Below are positions 25,230 to 33,246 of a DNA stretch of 33,246 nucleotides, one piece after another. The position numbers and the translations under genes are program-made. The number at the start of each line of letters is the position of its first letter. Position 1 is the stretch's first letter. Origin of the DNA: an uncultured bacterium (GTDB lineage: Bacteria > Bacteroidota > Bacteroidia > Chitinophagales > CAIOSU01); NCBI GenBank assembly GCA_903861055.1, contig CAIOSU010000241.1:1-33246 (forward strand), read 5' to 3'. The notes under the pieces were generated by a model that saw only the letters and a list, made by a program, of their open reading frames with translations, had not been told where the DNA came from and did no database searches.

Positions 25230-25915
25230 TAGTTTTGTTTCATTGAGTTTTGCAATGCGGCACCACCGTCTTGGTAGCCCTCGTAGCTAAATTCAGACTC
25301 GGAAACAGCACCAGGCTTGATGTCGGTAACGGTTTGAGAGAAGGTAACTTTACCATCTTCACCACGGCTGATAATACTCAATGGCAAACCATTAATGTTG
25401 TTGGCTGCCAAAGTAGCAAAAACACCATTGGTTTTAAGCATTTGAGGTAAGTCGGCTAAGTTCAAGCTTAGCGAGCTGCTTACAAATACTGTTGTCGAAC
25501 CTTGAGTCGATTCAATACTATATTTTTTACAGCTTTGCCCTGCAATAGTTGTCGTACCGTCGCCAGTAGTAACAATAGCTGAGCCCAGTGTAGGGTTAAC
25601 TGGTTTTACATCACCAATTGGGGTTACAAACATTGCTTTGGCACCATTAATTTCGGTAAGTAATCTCACATTGGGGTCATTTTTCAACAACAACAAGGTC
25701 AAGTTATAGGCTTTGCCGCTTGCAGTACCGTTCATTACCAATTTATGGTTGCCATTTGAGGTAATCCACTTCACTACCGATTCTTCTCCCATGGCAGGAT
25801 TGATAGTAGTAAGGCTTATTTCGCCTTGAAAACCTTGTGCACTAGTGCCCAACGAAAGCAAGACCATACATGCTACTGGAAGAAAATGGGCTATATATTT
25901 TACGAAGTTGTTCAT
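25229..25915 (-). CDS. Hypothetical secreted protein (DUF4412-like by recollection)
   Basis: 228-aa ORF with signal peptide (FLPVACMVLLSLGTSAQG) and a beta-rich sequence containing a GQSCKKYSIE segment. The family assignment is from memory only. Confidence 0.7.
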   Translation of the reverse strand: MNNFVKYIAHFLPVACMVLLSLGTSAQGFQGEISLTTINPAMGEESVVKWITSNGNHKLVMNGTASGKAYNLTLLLLKNDPNVRLLTEINGAKAMFVTPIGDVKPVNPTLGSAIVTTGDGTTTIAGQSCKKYSIESTQGSTTVFVSSSLSLNLADLPQMLKTNGVFATLAANNINGLPLSIISRGEDGKVTFSQTVTDIKPGAVSESEFSYEGYQDGGAALQNSMKQN

Positions 25916-26008
25916 GTTTTTTACCGATGTTCCATGGCTGATAATCCATGGGGTTGTTATAAATCTTTAGACGTTTGTAATCCGCATTTCAAAATTTCAG
26001 ATCTACAA

Positions 26009-27493
26009 TTAATTACCAACAGCGCCCTTTAAGAACGAAGTATTATAGTTGTTGTCGGGTATGTTTACACTATTACCATTGCGCTTGATGGCATTGCCCG
26101 CTTGGCCACCAGGCGGAACAGGCACTGGTATAGGAACATTAAAGTTGGTTAACACCGGAATGGTAACCGGGCCAATAAACGGGATACTTACCACCAATGA
26201 AATAGACAAAGTAACTTGGAAAGCACCAGTAGTGCCTGGATAACCGTAGCCACCACCATCACCACCAAATGCATTTGGATTGATACTGATTGAAACCACA
26301 CTTTGGTTAATAGTAATAGGAAGAATAAGCAAACCCCCATCGCCAGGAGTCGCAAACTGGCCAGTAGGTGTTGCGTTAGTACCAGGGCTATAAAACTGCA
26401 AACCAAACAAAGATGGAATGTTGCCACCTAAGCCACTTCCGGCACCGCCGCCGCCGCCAGCACCAATTAAAATACCAATAGCCGGCAAACCCAAAGGCAA
26501 CTGAAACGAAAGGCTAAAAGCCATGGCATTGCCGCCACCGCCGCCGCCATATATGTTAAAGTTGTTTTGCACTACAGCATCAACGGTTAGATTAACCGCA
26601 TGCCCACCATTAAAGCCTGCCCCGGTAGCACCGCTTACTGGGTCGGTAGCAGTACCGCCATTGCCGCCTCGGCCAAGTATGTTACCGTTGTTCACCAACG
26701 CAAAAATAGAACCGGCTGGCAAAGTACCTGTAGTAAACGCTGGCTGGGCTGATGTTGTGCTGCTAATGTCTACGCCAGGAAATACCGTAGCAACCACACA
26801 AACCGGTTGGTTAGTTGGAGCGCTTGGGTATTGAGCATACAATGCGGTTGAGACACTATAGTTGTTTTGGCTGTTGGTTACATCAATAAGGTAACAAGGG
26901 GTGAGCGTTACCGAGTAAATGAAGTTAACCGTATTGCTACCGCACAATGCTTGTATAATAATTGGATAGGTGCCTGCGGGAACGTAAGGTGTAGCGGTAA
27001 CCACCACGTTTACAGTACCACTTGATAGTATCGGGTTTGGCGAAAAAGTAACCGTAATGCCCTGTGGCAAGGTACCTACTACAGCCAAGGCTATATTTTG
27101 TGGGTTTCCGTTGGTTTGGCTGAACGTAAGGGAAAAGCTCGTAGAATCTGACACCACTCTATCAATAGTATCGGCTTGGCTACTACTCGTCATGGTAAAA
27201 TAACAATCGTTACAATTGGCCTGGTAACTGCTCAACCAACAAACACCATTGTAATACTGCACTGCACTATCGGTAGCGTTATAAATGATAAGGCCAGTGG
27301 CTGGATTGGCAATAGCGTCACGGTCAACAGTAGTCATTACCGGAGGTAAAAAACCCAAACTATCCGATTCAAGATGCAAAATGGCACTAGTATCCGGAAT
27401 TAAGATATTGATACCTACGCGCTGCGAAAACGCAGGGGTGCTAGCTGCCGCAAAAAGAAGCACTAAAGCAATTACCCGAAACCAATTTTTCAT
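26009..27493 (-). CDS. Glycine-rich secreted protein of unknown function
   Basis: 494-aa ORF.
- Signal peptide: VIALVLLFAAASTPAFSQ.
- A conserved-looking N-terminal module.
- Thr/Val-rich Ig-like-looking middle region.
- C-terminal half with Gly runs (YGGGGGGNA, GAGGGGGAGSGLGGN, GGDGGGYGYPG) alternating with hydrophobic stretches. Confidence 0.8.
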   Translation of the reverse strand: MKNWFRVIALVLLFAAASTPAFSQRVGINILIPDTSAILHLESDSLGFLPPVMTTVDRDAIANPATGLIIYNATDSAVQYYNGVCWLSSYQANCNDCYFTMTSSSQADTIDRVVSDSTSFSLTFSQTNGNPQNIALAVVGTLPQGITVTFSPNPILSSGTVNVVVTATPYVPAGTYPIIIQALCGSNTVNFIYSVTLTPCYLIDVTNSQNNYSVSTALYAQYPSAPTNQPVCVVATVFPGVDISSTTSAQPAFTTGTLPAGSIFALVNNGNILGRGGNGGTATDPVSGATGAGFNGGHAVNLTVDAVVQNNFNIYGGGGGGNAMAFSLSFQLPLGLPAIGILIGAGGGGGAGSGLGGNIPSLFGLQFYSPGTNATPTGQFATPGDGGLLILPITINQSVVSISINPNAFGGDGGGYGYPGTTGAFQVTLSISLVVSIPFIGPVTIPVLTNFNVPIPVPVPPGGQAGNAIKRNGNSVNIPDNNYNTSFLKGAVGN

Positions 27494-27733
27494 AACAGAA
27501 TTAAATTAAAATGTCTTACTGGCTACTAAGATAACTAACCGATTTGGTATTTATGACACTTTTTTATGGTAAATGGTTGTTTGGGATATATTTTATACCG
27601 TTCGCTTTATAATTATTACTCTGCATAAAATTAATAAGACGCGTTTAGCAACGTACACAGCATTTTTAAATACCATAAATAATGGAGAATTTATAGCATC
27701 TTATTGCTATTTTAGGCAACTCTAAGCTACCCT

Positions 27734-29341
27734 ATGAAACTTACTAGCAGCTACAAGCAATCGCCCGTTGAAGGTAAATATGATGTTATTATTATCGGCT
27801 CGGGTATTAGTGGTCTTGCTGCTGGGTCCTTGTTGGCCAAAGAAGGTCGCAAAGTATTAATTCTAGAAAGACACTACACACCAGGCGGGTTTACACATAT
27901 GTTTAAGCGCAAAGATTACGAATGGGACGTGGGCATACACTACATAGGCGAAGTACACAAGCCTTCGTCGGTGCTGGCGCAAGTGTTTAAGTACCTCAGC
28001 AATGGCCAATTGGAATGGGCCGATATGGGCGAAGTTTATGACAAAATCATTTTCGGCGACGAAGTTTTTGATTTCCGCAGTGGTATCGAGGAATTTAAGA
28101 ACCAACTAAAAAAGTACTTTCCTCATAGGGCCGACCAACAGGCCATTGACGATTATGTTCAATTGACCTTTGATGTGGCTAAAGCATCGGGCGGCTTTTT
28201 TGCAGAGCGTGCCGTGCCGAAGCCGATAAGCTTCTTGTTTGGCCGGTTTATGCGCCGTAGCATGAATAAAATAGCCAGCCAAACTACCCGCCAAGTGCTG
28301 GAAGGCATTACCAAAAACGAAAAGCTGATAGGCGTGCTCACTGGCCAATATGGCGACTACGGCCTACCGCCCGCGCAGAGCAGTTTTGCGATGCATGCTA
28401 TGGTAGCTAAGCATTACTTCCGCGGGGGCAGCTACCCTGTGGGCGGCTCTTCCCGTATATTCGATACTATTGCACCTATTATACTCAACGCTGGCGGAGC
28501 TATCTATACCAATGCTGAGGTAAAGGAAATTGTGGTAACCGATGGCAAGGCCACGGGCGTGCGTATGGCCGACAATGTGGTTATAGAGGCCCCGATGGTA
28601 ATAAGCAGTGCGGGTATTATGAATACCTACAACCACCTGCTATCGCCAGCCGCCAGCCAAAAGGCTGGATTGAAGCAGGTGTCTGGCGATTTTATCCCCA
28701 GCTCGGCCCACTTAAGCTTGTATATTGGTTTAAAGCATACTGCCGAGGAACTAGGCATACAAAAACCCAACCTCTGGATTTACCCAGCCAACTACAATCA
28801 CGATGAGAACATAGCCCGCTTTCTAGCGGATGAAAACGAGCCATTCCCTGTGGTCTACATCTCGTTCCCCGGGGCTAAAGACCCTGACTTTACCAATCGT
28901 TTCCCAGGGCGCACTACCATAGAGATTATTACTATTGCCCCTTACGAGAGATTTAAAGAGTGGGATGGTACCCGCTGGAAACACCGTGGCGAGGACTATG
29001 AGGCGTATAAGGAAAAACTCTCGCAGCGCTTGTTGGAATACCTGTATAAGTACGTGCCGCAAACCCAAGGCAAGGTTGACTATTACGAGCTATCCACGCC
29101 GCTTACCACCAAGCACTTCATTAATTATCAAAACGGCGAGATTTATGGCATTGACCATACACCGGCGCGCTTTGCCAATCGTGCGCTACGTCCGCAAACC
29201 CCCATTAAAGGCTTGTACCTTACTGGGCAAGATATTGTGACGGCAGGTATCGGTGGGGCATTGTTCGGTGGTGTTATCACCGCTTCGGCAATATTGAACA
29301 AGAACATGGTGAAACAAATGTTAAGTCAAAAGTTAGAGTAG
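27734..29341 (+). CDS. CrtI/phytoene-desaturase family NAD(P)/FAD-dependent oxidoreductase (RetSat-like)
   Basis: 535-aa ORF with an N-terminal FAD motif (DVIIIGSGISGLAAGSLLAKEGRKVLILERHYTPGG) and a C-terminal GQDIVTAGIGGAL segment typical of the family. Confidence 0.85.
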   Translation: MKLTSSYKQSPVEGKYDVIIIGSGISGLAAGSLLAKEGRKVLILERHYTPGGFTHMFKRKDYEWDVGIHYIGEVHKPSSVLAQVFKYLSNGQLEWADMGEVYDKIIFGDEVFDFRSGIEEFKNQLKKYFPHRADQQAIDDYVQLTFDVAKASGGFFAERAVPKPISFLFGRFMRRSMNKIASQTTRQVLEGITKNEKLIGVLTGQYGDYGLPPAQSSFAMHAMVAKHYFRGGSYPVGGSSRIFDTIAPIILNAGGAIYTNAEVKEIVVTDGKATGVRMADNVVIEAPMVISSAGIMNTYNHLLSPAASQKAGLKQVSGDFIPSSAHLSLYIGLKHTAEELGIQKPNLWIYPANYNHDENIARFLADENEPFPVVYISFPGAKDPDFTNRFPGRTTIEIITIAPYERFKEWDGTRWKHRGEDYEAYKEKLSQRLLEYLYKYVPQTQGKVDYYELSTPLTTKHFINYQNGEIYGIDHTPARFANRALRPQTPIKGLYLTGQDIVTAGIGGALFGGVITASAILNKNMVKQMLSQKLE

Positions 29342-29431
29342 TTATTGCTTGCTAGCAACAATTACTTAACATTGAGATATGCTGATTTAAACAAAGGAAT
29401 ATTTAGCTTTCACTTTACAAACTCAGTTTAA

Positions 29432-30451
29432 ATGAAAGCTACCCTCTTAATGCTATGCTATTGCTTGCTTGCAGCTAGCCCCTTAATGGCCCAACCCGTA
29501 AGCCGAATTGCCTTCGGCTCGTGCATTAGCCAAAATAATCCCCAAGAGGTTTGGTATACCGTCGATTCTTTTAAGCCCGATGTTTTCGTTTTCTTGGGCG
29601 ATAACCTTTACGGCGATACCGAGGATATGACCCTGCTGCGCCAAAAGTATGAAATGCTTTTTGGTAAAGAGCCGTTGCAAAAGTTTTTGGCCCATACCAA
29701 AACCCTAGCCGTATGGGATGACCACGACTATGGCGTAAACGATGGCGGCAAGGAGTACCCGAAAAAGGTAGAATCAAAAAACCTTTTTTTGGAATTTTTT
29801 AAAGAGCCGAAAGATAGCGACCGCTGGAAACATGAGGGCATATACCATAGCGTAATCATGGGAGAGACTGGTAAGCGGGTGCAATTTATTTTGCTGGACA
29901 ACCGAACCTTCCGGGACCCGCTATGTCGCGTAACTACCGATGAAGATTGCTACGGAGAATATGGCCCTTGCGAAGACAAAAGCAAAACCATGCTTGGGGC
30001 AGAGCAATGGAAGTGGCTGGAGAAAACACTAATGGAACCTGCCGAGATACGCTTGGTATGCACTAGCACCCAGTTTTTGGTTGATTTTAACGGCTGGGAA
30101 GCCTGGGCCAACCTACCACACGAGCGCCAACGGTTTATAGACTTGATAAAAAAGACCAAAGCCGAGGGCGTATTCTTCATCAGTGGCGACTTGCACTATG
30201 CCGAGCTATCCAAAATGGTTATACCAGGGCAATACAACCTATACGACCTAACCAGTAGCGGTATGACCCACGGCCACTCTTGCGCCGGCGAAAACCAATA
30301 CCGCATTAAAGGAGCCTACATGAAACCTAACTTTGGATTAATTGATATTGCTTGGAAAGGCAAAGACACCGAAGTGCAACTGTGCATAGTGGACGATAAG
30401 GGCAAGTTAAAAATTGAGCACTTGATACCCCTGAAGGAGTTGAAGTTTTAA
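29432..30451 (+). CDS. PhoD-like metallophosphatase (alkaline phosphatase D family)
   Basis: 339-aa ORF with a signal peptide and metallophosphoesterase motifs FLGDNLYGD, VWDDHDYGVNDGG and ISGDLHYAEL. Confidence 0.85.
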   Translation: MKATLLMLCYCLLAASPLMAQPVSRIAFGSCISQNNPQEVWYTVDSFKPDVFVFLGDNLYGDTEDMTLLRQKYEMLFGKEPLQKFLAHTKTLAVWDDHDYGVNDGGKEYPKKVESKNLFLEFFKEPKDSDRWKHEGIYHSVIMGETGKRVQFILLDNRTFRDPLCRVTTDEDCYGEYGPCEDKSKTMLGAEQWKWLEKTLMEPAEIRLVCTSTQFLVDFNGWEAWANLPHERQRFIDLIKKTKAEGVFFISGDLHYAELSKMVIPGQYNLYDLTSSGMTHGHSCAGENQYRIKGAYMKPNFGLIDIAWKGKDTEVQLCIVDDKGKLKIEHLIPLKELKF

Positions 30452-30459
30452 CAATAACA

Positions 30460-30483
30460 AAGCCCTCTTGGCGGGGAGGGCTT
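30460..30483. terminator. Shared (bidirectional) terminator hairpin between convergent genes
   Basis: AAGCCCTC-TTGGCGGG-GAGGGCTT. It is followed by TTTG on the plus strand and TTTGTTATTGTT on the minus strand. Confidence 0.65.
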
Positions 30484-30520
30484 TGCAATTCAAAACTCAG
30501 TTATTGCTATTCAGTTTTTA

Positions 30521-33148
30521 TCAGCCACACTTGCTATGGCCGCAGCTTTTGCAGTTTAGGCAGCCTTCTTCATATACCAAGCTATTCTCGCTGCAATTAG
30601 GGCATTGGCGCTCAGTTGGCAAAGTGCCATTGGGTATAAATTTCTTAAGTGAACGGGCTACACCAGCTTTCCAAGTATTCAAGTCGTTGCCTTCTAAGTG
30701 TAGGTTCTCTACAATGTCAACCGCATATTGTATTGGCATACCGTGGCGCAATACGCCAGAAATAAGCTTGGCGTAGTTCCAATACTCTTTGGTAAACGAG
30801 CGGCTTAGGCCTTCAATGGTTACTTTGTAGCCATCGCGGTCTTGAAACTGGAAATCGTAGCGAGACTTACCGTCCTCGTCTTTGTTGCGAAGCACCCAAC
30901 CTTTGTTTACATAGCTAGGCGTAAGGAAAGAATCTTCGGCGCGACCAGTAAAGATTTCGTAAGGGCGGCCTTTGTACAAGCCCACTACCGCAATCCATTT
31001 CTCGTTGTTGTTGTTGAAGCGAATAAACTCGGCCTCCAAAGCATGCGGGCGAACGGGGGCAACGGTTTCAACAAACTCATTGTTTCCCTTTTCCGATACA
31101 TCTTTTTTCTCCTTCTTTTCCTTGCTATCGTCGGCTATCAATACGCCACTGCGTGAGCCATCGCGGTATACGGTAATGCCTTTGCAGCCACTTTCCCATC
31201 CGGTCATGTATATTTGGCTTACCATCTCTTCTGGCGTTTCGTTAGGGATGTTAACGGTAACGCTTATTGAGTGATCGACCCATTTTTGGATAGCACCTTG
31301 CAATTTCACTTTCATTACCCAATCTACGTCGTTGGCAGTAGCGTTATGGTACGGTGAGGTAGCTATAATTTCATTCAGTTTTTCGGTATCCCAAGTAGCT
31401 ACTTCCTCAGGCTGGTAGCCTTGCGTTTCTAGCCAAGTAGTAAACTTATGGTGGAACACATGGTACTCTTCCCAGCTATCGCCTACCCCATCAACAAAAT
31501 CCACTCGGCTTTTTTGGTCGTTAGGGTTTACTTTGCGGCGGCGTTTGTAGCTTACCATAAAGGCAGGTTCAACACCACTAGTGGTTTGGGTCATTAGGCT
31601 GGTGGTGCCAGTTGGGGCAATAGTAAGCAAGGCAATATTCCTACGGCCATATTGCACCATATCATTGTACAAAGCTGGGTCGGCCTCTTTTATGCGGGCA
31701 ATAAACGGGTTGTTTTTTTCGCGCTCGCTGTCAAAAATCGGGAATTTACCGCGATCGCGGGCCATTTCCACGCTGCTGCGGTATGCCTCTAAGGCTAAAG
31801 TCCTTTGTACCTCGGTAGCAAATACTACACTCTCTTCAGAACCATAACGGATGCCTAAAGCAGCCATCATATCGCCTTCGGCAGTAATGCCAACACCAGT
31901 GCGGCGGCCTTCGATACACTTCTTGCGTATTTTGTGCCAAAGCTCAAACTCAGTGCGCTTTAACTCAAATGGCTCAGGATCATTTTCTATTTTTTTGATG
32001 ATGGCATCCACTTTCTCCAACTCCAAATCCACAATATCATCCATAATACGTTGGCCCATTTGAGTGTGCTTTTTAAAGGCATCAAAATCAAACTTGGCTT
32101 CGGGTGTAAATGGATTCTGAACGTAATTATATAAGTTGATGGCCAACAAGCGGCAGCTATCGTAAGGACAAAGCGGAATTTCGCCACAAGGGTTAGTGCT
32201 CACCGTTCGGAAACCCAAATCGGCATAGCAATCAGGAATAGACTCATTAATAATGGTATCCCAGAACAAAATTCCTGGCTCGGCAGCTTTCCATGCGTTA
32301 TGGATAATTTTATTCCAAAGCGCTTTAGCATCAATTTCGGTTTTTATGCGAGGTTGCTCGCTAATAACTGGGAACTGTTGTGTATACAAATCGCCTGTTT
32401 TAACGGCGCGCATAAACTCGTCGTCAATTTTCACCGACACATTTGCACCAGTTACCTTAGTACCATCCAGTTTTGCATCAATAAATTTCTCTGCATCGGG
32501 GTGCTTAACAGAAATGGACAACATAAGAGCACCACGACGACCATCTTGCGCCACTTCGCGGGTACTGTTACTAAACCGCTCCATAAAAGGCACTACACCG
32601 GTGCTGGTAAGGGCACTGTTCATGACAGGGCTGCCAGATGGGCGAATATGCGAAAGGTCGTGGCCTACCCCACCACGGCGTTTCATCAATTGTACTTGCT
32701 CTTCGTCGGTTTTCATTACGTTGCCGTAGCTATCGGCATTATCGTAATTTCCAATTACAAAGCAGTTGCTCAATGAAGCCACTTGAAAGTTGTTGCCAAT
32801 ACCCGTCATAGGACCACCTTGTGGCACTATGTATTTAAAATCTTTAAACACCTCATAAATTTCATCGGCAGTGTACGGATTAGGGTAGCGGGCCTCCATA
32901 CGAGCTACCTCACGAGCCATGCGCCAGTGCATATCATCTGGCGTTTTTTCGTAAATATTACCGAAAGAATCCTTGAGTGCGTACTTGTTAATCCAAACAC
33001 TAGCAGCCAGTTCATCGCCTTTGAAGTACTTAATACTAGCCGCAAGGGCTTCTTCGTATGTGTAAGTCTTCAATCCTTTGGTAGTAGTTTTCATGGGCAA
33101 TGTGTTTTCTGTGGTAATACCCACCAATGTGTCGGCTTCTTTGAACAT
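30521..33148 (-). CDS. nrdJ: Class II (adenosylcobalamin-dependent) ribonucleotide reductase
   Basis: 875-aa ORF with the active-site motif STNPCGEIPL and a C-terminal CxxC...CxxC zinc ribbon (CPNCSENSLVYEEGCLNCKSCGHSKCG). An alternative start is the ATG at 33092-33094 (MKTTTKGLKTYTYEE). Confidence 0.93.
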   Translation of the reverse strand: MFKEADTLVGITTENTLPMKTTTKGLKTYTYEEALAASIKYFKGDELAASVWINKYALKDSFGNIYEKTPDDMHWRMAREVARMEARYPNPYTADEIYEVFKDFKYIVPQGGPMTGIGNNFQVASLSNCFVIGNYDNADSYGNVMKTDEEQVQLMKRRGGVGHDLSHIRPSGSPVMNSALTSTGVVPFMERFSNSTREVAQDGRRGALMLSISVKHPDAEKFIDAKLDGTKVTGANVSVKIDDEFMRAVKTGDLYTQQFPVISEQPRIKTEIDAKALWNKIIHNAWKAAEPGILFWDTIINESIPDCYADLGFRTVSTNPCGEIPLCPYDSCRLLAINLYNYVQNPFTPEAKFDFDAFKKHTQMGQRIMDDIVDLELEKVDAIIKKIENDPEPFELKRTEFELWHKIRKKCIEGRRTGVGITAEGDMMAALGIRYGSEESVVFATEVQRTLALEAYRSSVEMARDRGKFPIFDSEREKNNPFIARIKEADPALYNDMVQYGRRNIALLTIAPTGTTSLMTQTTSGVEPAFMVSYKRRRKVNPNDQKSRVDFVDGVGDSWEEYHVFHHKFTTWLETQGYQPEEVATWDTEKLNEIIATSPYHNATANDVDWVMKVKLQGAIQKWVDHSISVTVNIPNETPEEMVSQIYMTGWESGCKGITVYRDGSRSGVLIADDSKEKKEKKDVSEKGNNEFVETVAPVRPHALEAEFIRFNNNNEKWIAVVGLYKGRPYEIFTGRAEDSFLTPSYVNKGWVLRNKDEDGKSRYDFQFQDRDGYKVTIEGLSRSFTKEYWNYAKLISGVLRHGMPIQYAVDIVENLHLEGNDLNTWKAGVARSLKKFIPNGTLPTERQCPNCSENSLVYEEGCLNCKSCGHSKCG

Positions 33149-33246
33149 GGCTAACTAATTTTCAACGGTTATGGAGGATTAATGATTCCGGGAGCATGCC
33201 TGGAAAGTGAATTCAAATTACACTTCATAAACACACTGACCAAAAA

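Noticed and set aside
26523-26834. 103-aa proline-rich plus-strand ORF (MALPPPPPPYM...)
   Set aside because: This is a mirror artefact. Pro codons (CCN) are the complement of the Gly codons (GGN) in the glycine-rich gene on the minus strand.
22885-27493. Calling the unknown block a genomic island, prophage remnant or defence locus
   Set aside because: There is no integrase or transposase, no flanking tRNA or direct repeats, and no nuclease, ATPase or other defence-type domain. All products look like envelope proteins.
30468-30776. 102-aa plus-strand ORF
   Set aside because: It starts inside the shared terminator hairpin and runs antisense through the nrdJ zinc-ribbon region.
32253-32776. 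Two 158-aa plus-strand ORFs (and others at 30842-31274, 31581-32063, 32783-33154)
   Set aside because: All are antisense inside nrdJ, whose identity is unambiguous.
33149-33246. Possible cobalamin riboswitch or other leader upstream of nrdJ
   Set aside because: Only 98 nt are visible, and no B12-box-like or other conserved riboswitch core is present.

Overview
This is a chromosomal, mostly housekeeping segment that reads like a Bacteroidota genome. Start codons lack Shine-Dalgarno sequences, several genes have TAnnTTTG -7 boxes, and there are many lipoprotein, PD40 and OmpA-type envelope genes. GC looks mid-40s percent by eye.

I support 31 protein-coding genes plus one doubtful 42-codon ORF:
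- A TrmH/SpoU methyltransferase, an ECF sigma factor, rdgB, a two-Rossmann flavoprotein, OsmC and argS.
- A GreA-C-like protein, a TPR/PD40/OmpA lipoprotein and an arginine-decarboxylase-like PLP enzyme.
- The conserved thrS-infC-rpmI-rplT operon, headed by a TPR lipoprotein gene that overlaps thrS by ATGA.
- A DASS transporter, BASS transporter and TauD/TfdA dioxygenase trio.
- A five-gene block of exported or membrane proteins of unknown function. It contains an MBL-fold hydrolase and begins with a 494-aa glycine-rich secreted protein.
- A CrtI/RetSat-like flavoprotein, a PhoD-like phosphatase and the class II ribonucleotide reductase nrdJ.

I see no rRNA, tRNA, CRISPR array, transposase, integrase, phage gene or recognisable defence gene. 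I cannot support a defined novel system here.

The best follow-up candidates are:
1. The uncharacterised envelope block at 22.9-27.5 kb.
2. A dispersed intergenic repeat family with an exact 17-mer, TTGGTTGATTGGTTATT, at three loci plus an inverted degenerate copy that brackets trmH.
3. A GC-rich structured island at about 70-265 that no ORF explains.
4. A small ORF at 18857-18985 with its own terminator.

All product calls come from motif recognition by eye, not from database searches.
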